This document shows positions 12,208-25,859 of a DNA stretch of 64,000 bases, one piece after another. This DNA is from Malacoraja senta (taxonomy: Eukaryota): positions 22,322,001 through 22,386,000 of the forward strand of contig CM075987.1 of NCBI GenBank assembly GCA_038087875.1, written 5' to 3'. Every line of letters starts with the position of its first letter. Position 1 is the stretch's first letter. The translations under genes were made by a program, and so were the position numbers. The notes beneath the pieces are model-generated. The model saw only the letters and a program-made list of their open reading frames with translations, was not told the DNA's origin and did not search any database.

Positions 12208-12522
12208 GGGGCAGCACAGTGGCACAGCTGGTAGAGCTGCTGTCTCCCAGCGCAAGAGATACAGGTTCAATCCTGATCTTGGGTACTGTCTGTGTGGAGT
12301 TTGCATGTTCTCACCGACCTCGTGAGTTTCCTCCAGGTACTCTGGTTTCCAACCACATCCCAAAGACGTGCAGGCTTGTGGGTTAATTGGTCTCTGTATA
12401 ATTTCCCCAAGTGTGTATAGGGAATGGGTGCAACAGTGGGGTAACACACAACCAGTGAGAACTGTGATCGATGATGGCATGGGCTGAAGGACCTGTTTTC
12501 ATGCTGCATCTTTCAATCAATC
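12208..12522 (+). mobile_element. HE1-like SINE
   Basis: tRNA-like head GTGGCACAGCTGGTAGAG..GGTTCAATCCT, V-domain core, CR1-like tail. Confidence 0.85.
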
Positions 12523-15500
12523 ATTGCATCCTTGACACCTGCCTTGGTTTAACATCCGCTCCAAAGTCTAGCATCGCTGAGATCGTTCATTGTCGTGTCT
12601 GTCTGAATTGTGTGTATCAGAAATAAAAGCTGTAGTAGTCCACTTGTTCCTGTCACACCTACTCCACCATTCAGTAAAATCATGGCTTATATTTTACATA
12701 AGCTCCGCTTTCCTGCACTAATCCCAGAGAACACAGCACAGGAAAAGATCTCCCACCCACCATGTCTGTGCCAACCATGATGACGAATTAAACTAATCCC
12801 GTCTGTCCGCACATGATCCATATCCCACCATTCCCTGCATGTACATAGGTCTATCTAAATGCCTCTTAAATGTCACCATTATAAACTGTTTCCACCTCAC
12901 CCCCAGCAACAAGTTTCAGGTACCTACCATTGTCTTTGGAGAGAGAGTGAGAAGTAAATTATTGAAAATAAAAAGTTTTTTTTAAATTCTGATGCCTATC
13001 TTTATAACCAAAAAAATTCAGATGTCCTTATGCTTAGAAATCCAAGGCACCACCAACTGTGTCACACAGGATGCACAACCCAACAGAATGTCACTTTAGG
13101 TCAAACTGACGTTATTTGCAAACCACAAAAGTGTTTCTCTTTAGTTTGGCAGCATGGTACAAAGTAGACAGTACTGTGAGGAATCGAGGTAGTGCTGCTG
13201 AGTTTGTCTCTGTCTGCTTGGATCTGTCAGCCTCCTTCCAGAGTCTGCCTGTAATGAGGGTAGGTGGCCTTTTCCTCTTTTGTTGCTAAAGAGCAGAATA
13301 TCATCAGTGCAGTTGACTCCAGTAAGTGCAGAGAGATAATAACCAGCTGCACTTCCGACACACTAGGTCTCCAGGCTGCGCTGATGGACGGGAATGTAGT
13401 CCTAATGGCAAGCGCAGTTTTTTCCAACCCCCCCAAGCGCCACACCATCATCTTCAGCTGCCTCGATATAGCCCTAAATCTCTTCCTCGCTAACTCCATC
13501 TCCTCCTTTGAGATCCTTCTTTGTGCAAGCCCATGATCAACTGTGCAATAATCTGTCTTTGACTCCCAAGTTCATTTTTTTTTGTCCTTATTCTTTGGCA
13601 CTACAATGCTTAAGTTAATACAACAGTTTAAATGAAACATGGAAGCTTATGTTATATTATAATCGAAGTGTTTATATAAATTTAAAAAAATTGGAGACAC
13701 AAGAAACTGCATATGCTGGAATCGTGAGTGAAATACAACTGCTGGAGTAACTCAGCAGGCCAGGCAGCATCTGGGGCGGGAATGGACGGGTGATGTTTCG
13801 GGTCGGGACCCTTCCCCAATAAAAATAAATGGCCAGGTGGAGCCAGGTTTGTGGAATGTGGTGGGGGAGAACGTGGAGATTGAGGCTGAAAGGTAACGAG
13901 CAAAACCAGATAAGGGAGGAATAATGGGCTGATGGGGGAGGCGATGGGAAAGTAGACTTGAGGAGAAGAAGCCAAGTTGGATAGGTGTGTGGCTGAGGGG
14001 CAGGTTCAACCAGTGGAAGCGGTTAATGAATCTAAAGTGGGTTGTGGGATTTTGAAAAGGTGAACAAAGGAAGAGAGAACTGAGGTGGACTGGTTGGAAT
14101 GGAAAAGGAGCACATGAGGAGTGGGTGCAGTCAGAAAACAATCCTTCATCTAAAGGATGATGCCAACCCAGAACTCTCTTCAAAATGCAGTTTTGTACCT
14201 TTATTTATCATTCTGACATAGCTTCCAACTCTACGATCCCTGAGCACTAAACCTCTCTCTAATTCCACCCCCCTCCCCACTGCCTCCGTCTCTTTCTTTT
14301 TTAACAATGTTTCATAAAACCACCTCTTTTGCTAAGCCTTTCTTTGTGCCTATCATTAATATTTATGTAAACATGGGACAATTTAAAGCACTAAAGTTGT
14401 TGTGATTGACAACATTGTATTAGCTTGGTGTTATGAAATCAAGATGTTGACTGACCAGCTAGTATCTAACTGAATGGCCGAATGGACAAAAGGGGTTGAA
14501 GAGTCTAATGCTGTCACCGTGAACGACTTTGGGCCATTTTTGTACATTAAAACCAAGTTGCTACGCTGTCTCTCCTGTCTGTTGCTAAAAGTATACGTAA
14601 TGATCACCATCAATGGATATCACAAATTTTCCAGCTTGAGAGGAAATAGAGCTGAACCATGTTTAAGTTATTTCTAAACCCAATTTACTGTGGTAATTTC
14701 AACCTCCTGTGAACTTGATTTCACTCAACTCTGTTGCCTGATTCCTCACTGATGCTTGGTCCCTGAAGACAATGCGCTCAATGGGTTCTCAACCTCCTTT
14801 GCAGAATCCACAGGGATATGGGGGTGCTGAGGGGGCTTAAGCAGAGTGCATGTGGTTTATTTGAGTGCTCATCGTAGACTGACTGTCTCTAGAACTTTTT
14901 TGTGAGCATTGTTTGCAGCCCAGAGAGCAGTTAGTCACATGACACAATCCTTAAAGGGTGAAAGCCTTTAAGATAGTAATCACTGAGCACAATCAATATT
15001 ACATAGACTACGCTCTTTAAAACAAAACAAAACATTGATTTGGCATATTTACAAATTTTACAAACGTAGCCAAGTCAGCAGTTCCACACTCTGATGTTCA
15101 CAGTGGTGCTGCTGTTACGTGTTGAAGACATAGATTCATTAGATGTTGGTGCAGGCACTCCCATTCCAGACTTAGTGATGTCGATTCACCTTGACTCTTG
15201 CTAGAAACATCACATGTGTACTTCTCTTGATCAATAGTTGGACGTTTCAGAAACATCTTCGATCCTACAGTCCTATGCTATTTTCCCAGATATCATTCAC
15301 AAGGATTAAGTGGTCAATGTGGACTTCACCAAATTTCTCTCCAGTTTTTGCAGGATAATTTCTCAATCTGCATGCGCGGCTATTTCCTAATGTCTCGTGT
15401 GCACCTTGTCCAAGATCTCAGGACGCAACCTCTGTGGTTCAGATTGAATTCTCTTTGCAGCTTGTGTTGAATGATTCCCTGTCTTAGTCATCTATTTACT

Positions 15501-15819
15501 CTTGCAAATTACTGAGCTGAGGCACAACAGCATTCTAAGTCTAATATTCATGAACATTTCATTAGGAATAATCCTATTGTGGAATTTCCTTCATCATGAA
15601 GATGCAGAAACAAAGAACTGCAGATGCCGATTAATACACAAAATGACCTAATGTGCTGGAGCAACTCAGCAGGTTGGGCAGCATCTCTGGAGAACATGGA
15701 TAGGCTACTTTTCGAGTCGAGAGCTACAGGCTGAAGAAGGGTATCAACCCAAAACGTCACCTATCTATGTTCTCCAGAGATGGTGCCTGACCTGCTGAGT
15801 CACCCCAGCACTTCATGTC

Positions 15820-16150
15820 CTATTGTGCATCAAGAAGATTCTGTGGTATGCTCTCCTCAAATTTGATTCCCCATAAAAATTCATCCTGATCTTGTGTTTG
15901 TTTCATGATGGCATGCAAGGTATTTTCCCAGTCAACAGAGCCAATCTAAGTAAGAACCATCCTCGAACAAGCTTCATCACTGTCCTGACATTTTCTGCAA
16001 TCATTATCTCTGCGATGCTGCACTTCGTCTGCAATGAACTTCCTGGGGGACTGGAGTTAATCTCCAGAGTTAGTGAAAAACTCTTCAACTGTGGCAACTA
16101 CATTCCCCAACCAAGGTCACCCAAACCTTGGGAATTGAGCTGCGTTATGC
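15820..16150 (+). mobile_element. Degenerate RTE (Expander-like) LINE, RT region
   Basis: LWYALLKFDSP*KFILILCLFHDGMQG and FSAIIISAMLH...LPGGLELISRVSEKLFN match typical RTE RT blocks. Confidence 0.7.
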
Positions 16151-16225
16151 AGAGCACACTTGTGTTTGCTTGCTCCAAGCCATTGGCTCATCTTCTGAAG
16201 CAGAAGAGAGGTTGTGCCTTGAATA

Positions 16226-16522
16226 TGTTTAAGAAGGAACTGCAGATGCTGGAATTAATCGAAGGTAGACAAAAATGCTGGAGAAACTCAGCGGGTGAGG
16301 CAGCATCTATGGAGCAAAGGAAATAGGCGACGTTTAGGGTCGAGACCCTTCAGACAATGTGGGGATGGAGGGGACGGGAAGAAGAAAGGAAGAGGCGGAG
16401 GCTGTGGGAGAGCTGGGAAGGGGAGGGGAAAGAAGGAGAAAGCAGGGACTACCTAAAATTGGAGGTCAATGTTCATACCGTTGGGGTGTAAACTACCCAA
16501 GCGAAATATGAGATGCTGCTTG
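16226..16522 (-). mobile_element. Penelope-like 3' fragment
   Basis: KQHLIFRLGSLHPNGMNID followed by a PLE end unit. Confidence 0.8.
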
Positions 16523-16559
16523 AATACATCATCTGCAAGACAAAGGTGCTCCATCAACC

Positions 16560-18230
16560 TGTTTTTTAAAATTTCAAAATAAACTTTATTTGTAAAAAAT
16601 ATAGAATTACCAAAAATATAGTGCATGGGCCTCTTTCCATTGGTGGTGTTGTGCAGTCCATACATTCAGTGTAATCAGCTCTATACATTGGAAGTGTAAT
16701 GCGCACAGGATCTTGTACTAGATATGCTCATGGCATGGTCACCCTTGGTTGGCAGGTCGAGGGGGAGGTTCCTGACAAATTACAGTCCAAGAAGACCTCA
16801 ACAGTGAAACAGGTGGAGGATAGTGACATAAAGAACTGTAGATACTGATTTGAGCAAAACACCACATGCTTTTCACTACAATTCAGTGGGTCAGGCAGCA
16901 TATGTGGATGGAATGGATAGGCAATATTACAGGTAGGGACCCTTAAATAGATCGTGGTTGACTAGCAGATGATAAATCACAATGGCTGAGAAGACAGAAG
17001 AAGGCGGCAGAAGAGATACAACAGAAGTATCCATGCGGAGTCCATGACATTGGACCCGGGATTGTCTCTGTCAAGGACATGTGTTAGCGGTCTGTGCACC
17101 AGTCTCCCCATGTTAAAAGATGTCACACAGAGGTGTCCAACTGGAGAACCCCACTGGGAGGATCATTATACTCGACTCCGAGTGATCACAGATGATGAGT
17201 GTAACATATTTATGCATCATTGGCATTCATGGGCTCCTGGGACAATACAGACTTCAAGTGTTTAAGAGGCTTCCATACTACACCAAGCCATCAATGTCCA
17301 GTGGCAGAAGAACCTATACTCCAGTCCTTCCCCACAAAACTTTTGCAGGCTGTCCGTCAGCATGCACTCCTGCAGTCTGCAATGTGTTGGTTGGCAGCAT
17401 TCCCTAATGGACATCTTGTTGCACCAGAACACCAACAAGCTGGGGTGGGAGATTGCAACCTTCACGTGGTCCGCCTTGTTTCAACGAATGCAATCAACCT
17501 AGCGTGCACAATCAAATATGATCAAATAGAACAAGTTGTCCTACAACTTTAGGCTGTGCACACCATACGCAAGAAGAAGAAGACCAACAAGCTCCGGGCA
17601 GAACAAAGTGTCTCTTTCACCGAGTTGATGACCTTCCTGCAGTACTAGGAACAGAGTCTTCTGTTGTTCACTTGCTCGAGGTGAACTGCAACGAGGCTCC
17701 CTGCATCCTTCTTCATACCTTCTTTGCAAATGCACGGTCCACAGAGAAGTGAGCAACTGTCCCATTCTCATCCCAGCCACCATGAGAGCAGGGTGCATTG
17801 TGACTGAGATTCCAACTTTACAGGAGGGATCTGACAAGGAAGGCCCCCTCAATACCAGCCAAGCAAGGTCTTAGTGCTTGTTGGTGAGTTCCGATCATGA
17901 AGAATTCTGACAGATGTTTTGGGTAATCTGCTCAGGGAAACGCCCCTCAATATCCATTCGTGTCTTTGACCCACAAGATCTGCAGGATGTTCCGTGCTGA
18001 CCACTGCCTCATGGACTTGCTGTCAAAGATGTTTTTCTGAAATAAATCTTCCATGAAGAATAGGTAACATGGCATTGACCAGCTGAATGGGACATTGGAT
18101 GGCAATGAGGCCAAGTCTATCCTCCACAATTCTGTGCAATGCCGCCCTCTGATGACAAAGCTCATGGCTGGAAAACCTGAACCACCTCCCACATTTTAAG
18201 AGCCACCTTTTGGCAAAGGCACCCAGTCCA
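16560..18230 (-). mobile_element. Degenerate Tx1/L1-type LINE 3' part, with nested insert about 16700-17197
   Basis: QWSARNILQIL, ELTNKH*DLAWLVLRG, degraded Cys/His-type motif (PCSHGGWDENGTVAHFSVDRAFAKKV); AATAAA and A-rich tail at 16560-16595; nested insert flanked by AGTGTAA with a GATGATGA tail. Confidence 0.65.
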
Positions 18231-18231
18231 T

Positions 18232-18680
18232 CAGAGACCAGACTCCCCACCACTGACCCCATCTACACTTCATGCCACCTCAGAAAAGCCAGCCAACATA
18301 ATCAAAGACTTGTCCCACCCCAGTCATTCCTTCTACTCCCCATTCCCATTGGGCAAAAGATACAGAAGCATGAAAGCGCACACTACTAGACTCAGAAACC
18401 ATTTTCCCCTTTGTTATCATGCTTCTGATCAGCCCTTACATAAACTAGGCACTGTCCAAATTCTCCTCTACCTCGTTGTGGATATTGATTTTGTCTATGG
18501 AACTGATGCGCTACAATGCTGAGAACTATATTCTGCACACTGTATCTGCCCTTTCGCTCTACCTATTGCGGCTTCATTGTATTTATGTATAATATTACAT
18601 ATTAATGATTGGATAGCATGCAAAACAAAGCTCTTCACTGTAAGTCATTACATGTGCCAATAATAAACCCAAACCTAATC
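18232..18680 (+). mobile_element. Rex1/Babar-type LINE 3' fragment
   Basis: LRKASQHNQRL/SHPSHSFYSPFPLGKRYRSMKAHTTRLRNHF; AATAAA plus repeat tail. Confidence 0.75.
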
Positions 18681-18684
18681 TAAG

Positions 18685-19220
18685 CATGATGACATTTACC
18701 ATAACCCTCAATGTCCAAGCTCAGCTTTAATGTGATTGAGGAAAAGGGTATATGAAGATTAAGACCCAAGATCTGGTGTAAAACTCATGGTCTACAAGGC
18801 AGCCTTAAGCCCTGCCTCGTTATACTTCTGGGACCTGCAGCAGGCACTCCAAAGGTGTCTCCTCAAACTCTTCCAAACTCGCTGGAAGGAGAAGCAAATC
18901 ATTGTTAGGATCCTCTCCCAGGACAATATCCCCTAGACTGGTTTGATTCAGTCGGACCAGTGAGCAGCTCACATCATTTGCATGCCTGACACCAGGCTAC
19001 AGAAACAGACGCTCTATTTCAAGCTCGGCCATGTGAAGAAATTAGTTGGTGAACAGAGGAAAGGATTCAAGAATATGTTCAAAGCCAACTTGGGGAAAGA
19101 CAGCAACGTTCCCGCTGACTCTTGGGAATGTCTGGCCCTTGACCATAGGAAGTGGAGAAGGAACAATCAAGATGATATTGAGAACACTGGCAGTACAAAA
19201 AATTGGCGGAGTCATGGATA
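18685..19220 (+). mobile_element. Degenerate RTE LINE, C-terminal region (continuation of 15820-16150)
   Basis: KLMVYKAA, MPDTRLQKQTLYFKL...QRKGFKNMFKANL...DSWECLALDHRKWR. Confidence 0.8.
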
Positions 19221-19229
19221 GCTAAGAAC

Positions 19230-19635
19230 ATTATGAAAGTATACAGAGGGTTGTACATCAGTTATAAAGTTGGGCAAAGTGGTAGCAGATGCAATTCAAT
19301 CAAGGCATGTATCAGGTAATACGTCGTCAGTCTTTTACCTAGGGTAGGATAATCTAAAACTAGACAACATGGGTTTAAGATGAGAGGGGAAAATTTTCAA
19401 GGAGAGCTGAGGAGAATGAGGGTAGTGGGTATATGGAACACGCTGCCACAAGAAATGCTGGAGGCAGATACAATTGTGGCATTTAAAATGCATTTGACAG
19501 ATATATGAATAGGCAGGGATTAGAGGGATACATGCTGAATGTGGGGAGATAGGATTAGTGTGGATGGGCATCACAGTTAACATGGACATGTGGGACCAGA
19601 GGACCCATTTCTATGCTGTACAACTCTATGACTCT
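19230..19635 (+). mobile_element. Old CR1 3' fragment
   Basis: Degraded SKTRQHGFKMRGE...WNTLPQEMLEADTIVAFKMHLD. Confidence 0.7.
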
Positions 19636-20263
19636 AACCTCAATTTCTTCTGTTTGGGTAGTAGGAAAAGGAAATTTGTGTGTTATTCCATTGAATTCAT
19701 GAATGTTTTTAATTGAGAAAATCTAAACCATGGACTTTAACTGATCGGACTGCTTCAGGACATCTGTGTGGAGCAAAGATGGACCCCTATCTGAACCCCT
19801 ATCGTGCTTTCAGCGGTGGTACATCATCCTGCATCCTGCACTTTTAACCGTTTATATAGTTGTCAGTAACTAATGAGAGGTTGTCCACTCTTTTATTTGC
19901 AATAATCCATATGGAACTACTAGAATGGTCTTACTTGGAGTTAAAACAGAAAAAGGCTGCAAATATTCACAGGTGTGTGGAATGAGAAACAGGATTAATG
20001 TTTCAGGTACATTGCCCTTTGCCCGAATTTACAAAATAATTTAGAAAACAAGTTAGTTCTCAGTAACAGAGAACATGGAGGAAGGATGGATAAAAAGAAA
20101 GGGAATATTTCTGCTCGGGGTAAGGTAGCTGTGAGATTCAGATAACGATTCTTTGTCCCCTGTCTTCTCCTTGAAGGGATTGCTTCCTTGGTAACTCACT
20201 GATCGACTCTTCCACCCAACGTCATGGCATGCAACCACAAAAGATCCAACTGTGGGTAACTTA

Positions 20264-20581
20264 TAGCCCTGTCCCACGGTGCGAGTTCATTCCAAGAGCT
20301 CTCCCGAGTTTTAAAAAAATCAAACTCGTGGTAAGCACGGAGAATGAACGTAGCGGTACGTCGGAGCTCGGGGACGTCTCTTAGCGCTAACGGCAGGTAC
20401 TCGGGAAGACTCGCTAACGGCAGGTAAATACGGGAAGACTCGTGAAGATTTTTCAACATGATGAAAAATGTCCACGAGAGCCCCGGGTACCGACGAGTGG
20501 CCATTACCGTAAATCTCCGAGTTCGAATCAGGGCAAACTCGGGAGAGCTCTTGGAATGAACTCGTACCGTGGGACAGGGGT
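20264..20581. mobile_element. PIF/Harbinger-like MITE
   Basis: About 45-bp near-perfect TIRs (CCCTGTCCCACGGT[G/A]CGAGTTCATTCCAAGAGCTCTCCCGAGTTT); TTA at 20261-20263 and 20582-20584. Confidence 0.85.
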
Positions 20582-22370
20582 TTAACTCTCTCTTTCTTTC
20601 TGTATCGGAGCTGGCAATTTCTACCTGTCAAAAAAGCTCCGTTTTTCTCTCTCTCTATTAGTACAGTCTGTCCTGATCTACACATTCCTCAGGCTTGCTA
20701 TTAACAACACGTAACACCGATGAGGAAGCATCACCTGATTCTAATTGTTCCATCAAATCAACTGGTGTGTAGGAAGGAACTGCAGATGCTATTTTAAACC
20801 GAAGATAGACACAAAAAGCTGGAGTAACTCAGCGGGTCAGACAGCATCTCTGGAGAAAAGGAATAGGTGACGTTTGAGTTCGAGACCCTTCTTCAGACTG
20901 GTCTCTGGTCTCTGGTCTCAGCCTACCAGAGATATTCGACTTGTTCTCCCATCATGCCACCTTCTTCACTGAAACTATAAATGAACTAATTTTCTCTTTC
21001 CCAATCTCAGACCCAGCATGTTAACTTTGTTTCACTTTCCAAAGATGCTCCTTGATTTCAGATTAGCAGTGACAGCAATTTTTGTTTTAAATTTTCATAT
21101 TTGGAGCGATGCTTTCAGAGTCAGTGTTCTGCGATCCTGGCACACTGCACACCTTCTGGATCCCTAATTAGTGGACAATTCATAGTGTCTTCATTGAAAT
21201 AACATGTCTTTGTTCAAACTCAAACCTGCCCAACCGCTAAATGTGTATTAATACGCACTTCAAAACAGGTTCTTCTGTGCAGCTCAAACAATTTCTACTT
21301 CTGTGATTGGGAAATAGTCTTCCAATACGTGGAGGGTATCGTGGGCTCATCACTGAGTGGCCTCAAAAGAGGCGTTTAAATTGGAAGCTCTGCATTTATT
21401 ATCATAGTCATATTGGGAAATCTGACACCTTTTTTTTCTCCTTTGTCACTCACTGCACCCATCAGCCAATCAATTCCCTCTCCTCTGTATCCACTTGCCA
21501 GGCTTTGTCCTGCCCCCACCTCTCTTTTCCAGCTTTCTGCCACCCTTTCCAATCAGTCTGGAGAATGGTCCCGACTCAAACCGTCAGCGATCCATTCCCT
21601 CCACAGCTGCTGTCTGACCCATTGAGTTCCTCCAGCACTTTGCGTTTTGCAAAAGAAAGGATCATCTTTCTACAAAAATTGTGGTGAAATGGTATTATCT
21701 CTTTGGCAACGTCTGATTTCTAATTTAATATTGGACACTGCTGGTGCACAGTCACTTTGTTAGGTTTTCAGGTGATTCCCTTAACTCCTTGTTCAAGAAG
21801 GAACTGCAGATGCTGGAAAATCAAAGGTAGACAAAAGTGCTGGAGAAACTCAGCGGGTGCGGCAGCATCTATGGATTCTCCAGCACTTTTGTCTACCCTT
21901 AACTCCTTAACTGGCTGCAGCCTTTTGTCAACTGCTCTCAATTCTAACATTAGTCTGTGTTGTGTAAACCTCCCTTCTGAAGTTACACTGTAATCGTTTT
22001 CCATCGAAGGGAGACATTGCTTGAATGAGCTTGGTGTACCATGTGGGTTCCAAAACTGCGACACTTTACTGCTCTGAACTAACACACTTTTGCTAACTAA
22101 CTCGCATTTCCATGGAAGAGAAACTCCCAGTAGACCCGTTTTCACACCACTTATGCTCACGTGACTCAGACCCATTAACCCATACAGTGCATGTACACTA
22201 GTGGTCTGCATGGGTTGCGATTCCCTCACATTTCCAGAGGTCAATTTTCCTAAGACATCTTGCATGCCCAATCACTAGGTCTTGGCTAGTTTGTATGCCT
22301 CATTGTCACCTTCCCCTCAGCCAACAATGAACATTGCATTTATCATCGTCTGCTTTTACCTGTGTTTTTT

Positions 22371-23145
22371 ACATAGAACATAGATACATAGAAAATAGGT
22401 GCAGGAGTAGGCCATTCGGCCCTTCGAGCCTGCACCGCCATTCAATATGATCATGGCTGATCATCCAACTCAGTATCCCATACCTGCCTTCTCTCCATAC
22501 CCCCTGATCCCCTTAGCCACAAGGGCCACATCTAACTCCCTCTTAAATATAGCCAATGAACTGGCCTCAACTACCCTCTGTGGCAGAGAGTTCCAGAGAT
22601 TCACCACTCTCTGTGTGAAAAAGTTTTTCCTCATCTCGGTCTTAAAGGATTTCCCCCTTATCCTTAAGCTGTGACCCCTTGTCCTGGACTTCCCCAACAT
22701 CGGGAACAATCTTCCTGCATCTAGCCTGTCCAACCCCAATAAGAATTTGGTACGTTTCTATAAGATCCCCTCTCAATCTCCTAAATTCTAGCGAGTATAA
22801 GCCAAGTCTATCCAGTCTTTCTTCATATGAAAGTCCTGACATCCCAGGAATCAGTCTGGTGAACCTTCTCTGCACTCCCTCTATGGCTATAATGTCCTTC
22901 CTCAGATTTGGAGACCAAAACTGTACGCAATACTCCAGGTGTGGTCTCACCAAGACCCTGTACAACTGCAGTAGAACCTCCCTGCTCCTATACTCAAATC
23001 CTCTTGCTATGAAGGCCAACATACCATTCGCTTTCTTCACTGCCTGCTGCACCTGCATGCCTACTTTCAATGACTGGTGTACCATGACACCCAGGTCTCG
23101 CTGCATCTCCCCATTTCCTAATCGGCCACCATTTAGATAATAGTC
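22371..23145 (-). mobile_element. Young CR1, 5'-truncated, one frameshift near 22735
   Basis: ORFs 22642-23106 and 22470-22739 are consecutive CR1 ORF2 parts in different frames. Confidence 0.95.
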
Positions 23146-23679
23146 TTACATTCTTACACCTTACATTCTCTTTGAATCCCTTCCATAGCTCTAGTTTCCC
23201 TCTCCCCTGACTCTCAGTCTGAAGAAGGGTTTCAACCCAAAATATCACCCATTCATTCCCTCCAGAGATGCTGCCTGTCCCGCTGAGTAACTCCAGCATT
23301 TTGTGTCTATACTAGATCTTGGTAACTAAGACTGAACATGCTTATCCATGAGTCCACACACAAACCTGTCTCTCAGTGCACAATCCAGAAACACCCCAGA
23401 GCTGCAATGCTGCGACAGGTCTCTAAGAACTACTTTGTCTTTCCTGACTTCTGGTTATGGGTTAATCCATTGATCCATAGTGACTCCCAGAACATTCAAC
23501 ACTAATTTCCCCAGCTCCCTGTTGTCCCCATACTCTCATGGTCAATAAATAGGGCAAATCACAGTCCTATGTAGATGTTGCAAATGGTGTTCCCCAGAAT
23601 TTCATGTTGATCTTTATCTATTATGTAATTGATGAATATAACAAACACCAAGTTAGAAAGGACGATGAGACATGAAGTA

Positions 23680-24010
23680 GGGTATTGGCATTGGTTTATG
23701 TACACACGTGTACAGAGATACAACAATAAGCTTTTGTTTGTGTGCTATCCAATCAAATCAATTAATACCATTTATGAATACAAACAAGTCATACACAAAT
23801 TCAACAGGTAGAGCAAAGAAAAAAAATAGCAGAGTGCAGAATATAAGTTTTTAGCATTGTAGCATGACAGTTCCAGATAAACCACCCAATATCTGCAATG
23901 TGGTAGATGGGAAGATTGGAACTAGACCCTCACTTATGGAAGGACAATTGAGAAATCTGAGGGGAAGAAGGTGTTCCTGAGTCTGGTGGTGTGTGCATTC
24001 AAGCTTTTGA
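23680..24010 (-). mobile_element. Rex1/Babar-type LINE 3' remnant
   Basis: Similar to reverse complement of 18370-18670. Confidence 0.6.
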
Positions 24011-24589
24011 AAGCAGCCACAGTGCAATGTGGGTGATGTACAACGGTTAAACTTTTAACCAGTGCAGAAGCTCACAGACTTCTTTGGCATTAACATTGAG
24101 ATTATCCATTCAGCAACCTCTGCTGTTTCCCTTCCCTACCTCCATTAATCCTTGCCCACTACAAGAAACATCTCCACAGGCCCACTGCCCCGGCCCTGAA
24201 CTCCATTTTTTTTTTCTTGTCTTCCAAATTGAAAATTTGGCACTCTCAGCTTAACAGCTTTGTGAGATCACCTTTATCTTCTCAGTGAAATAAATCCTGG
24301 CCCTACCACTGATGGCCATATCCCAAGAAAAGTTTTTCTTTAATTTAATGTTTGCAGGATCTGCAATTGTTGCATTGTTAGCCTTAGTAATAATTGTGAT
24401 TTTACTGGAAGCTGCTCTATGGTGTTGCACAAAATGCATTTGTTTTCCTTAATAACCCACATTTTTTGTATCTGTACAGTGGCTGTACCATTGCCCAATG
24501 TTTGAGATGCCTTTAATCATGCATGTGGTGAGTGTGAGCCAGGTACTTCATTGCCGTTGTCATCACAACCAAGCTCAATACCATCCAGT

Positions 24590-24990
24590 AGAAAAAAGGA
24601 ACTGCAAGTGCTGGTTTACACCAAATGACACAAAGTACTGGCATAACTCAGCGGGTCAGGCAACATCTCTAGAGAACATGGATAGGTGACGTTTTGTGTT
24701 GGGACCCTTCTTCAGATTGATTGTGGGGGGGGGTGAAGAAAGCTGGAGGAGAGAGGAGGCAGGATAAAGCATGGCAGGTGGACATAGATGAGGAGGGGGG
24801 GGTTGATAGGCAGATCTTTTGCACAAAGATCAGAGATAAAAGCAGGTGATATGAGTCTCAGATGGAGTAAAGAGTTAGCTGTGAAGCCAAAGGATGTAAT
24901 GTAGGTGGGGGAGGGGAGGAGAGAAGTGGGTGCGAGTCCAGCTGGGGCACAATAGAGGGGCGGAGAAGGGGTGGCGTGGGGAAGAGGTTT
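24590..24990 (-). mobile_element. Penelope-like 3' region
   Basis: PLE end unit plus purine-rich flank, like 2837-3600. Confidence 0.65.
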
Positions 24991-25274
24991 ATAAAATCAT
25001 ATATAGGTAGACGGTAACAATCTTTTTTTTCCAGTGTAGGGGTATGTAAAATTAAAGGTCATAGGCTTACGGTTAGGAGGAGGAAGTTTAAAGGGGATCT
25101 GTGGTAAATTTCTCACACGAAGAGATGATAGAGGAGATGGTGGAGTTACGATCAGGAACAAGATTGGGGGAGACTTCCGGATCGGTACTTGAATGAGGGG
25201 AGCATTGAGGGACATGGAATTAATGCAGGCAAGTGGGATTAGTATAGAGAGGCATGGTTGTGTAAACCAGGGGT

Positions 25275-25806
25275 CGTGAGACCTAATTTGAGGAAGGACA
25301 TTCTTGCTATTGAGGGAGTGCAGCGTAGGTTTACAAGGTTAATTCCCGGGATGGTGGGACTGTCATATGCTGAGAGAATGGAGCAGCTGGGCTTGTACAC
25401 TCTGGAGTTTAGAAGGATGAGAGGGCATCTCATTGAAGCATATAAGATTGTTAAGGGTTTCGACACGCTAGAGGCAGGAAACATGTTCCCGATGTTGGGG
25501 TAGTCCAGAACCAGGGGCCACTGTTTAAGAATAAGGAGTGTCATTTAGAACGGAGACGAGGAAACACTTTTTCTCACAGAGAGTGGTGAGTCTGTGGAAT
25601 TCTCTGCCTCAGAGGGCGGTGGAGGCAGGTTCTCTGGATGCTTTCAAGAGAGAGCTAGATAGGGCTCTTAAAAATAGCGGAGTCAGGGGATATGGGGAGA
25701 AGGCAGGAACGGGGTACTAATTGGGGATGATCAGCCATGATCACATTGAATGGGCGGTGCTGGCACGAAGGGCAGAATGGCCTACTCCTGCACCTATTGT
25801 CTATTG
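25275..25806 (+). mobile_element. CR1 3' fragment (inside an older CR1 remnant, about 24995-25860)
   Basis: PNLRKDILAIEGVQRRFTRLIPG...FFSQRVVSLWNSLPQRAVEAG; one in-frame stop; CTATTGTCTATTG tail. Confidence 0.92.
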
Positions 25807-25859
25807 GTCAGCATAGAGCGGGCTGAAGGGCATATTTTGATGCAATACAACTCCATGAC

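Noticed and set aside
14455..14585. Minus-strand exon candidate
   Set aside because: Weak GTCAGT donor and unrecognisable peptide.
21768..22271. 167-aa minus-strand ORF
   Set aside because: No recognisable motif; ends inside a Penelope palindrome.
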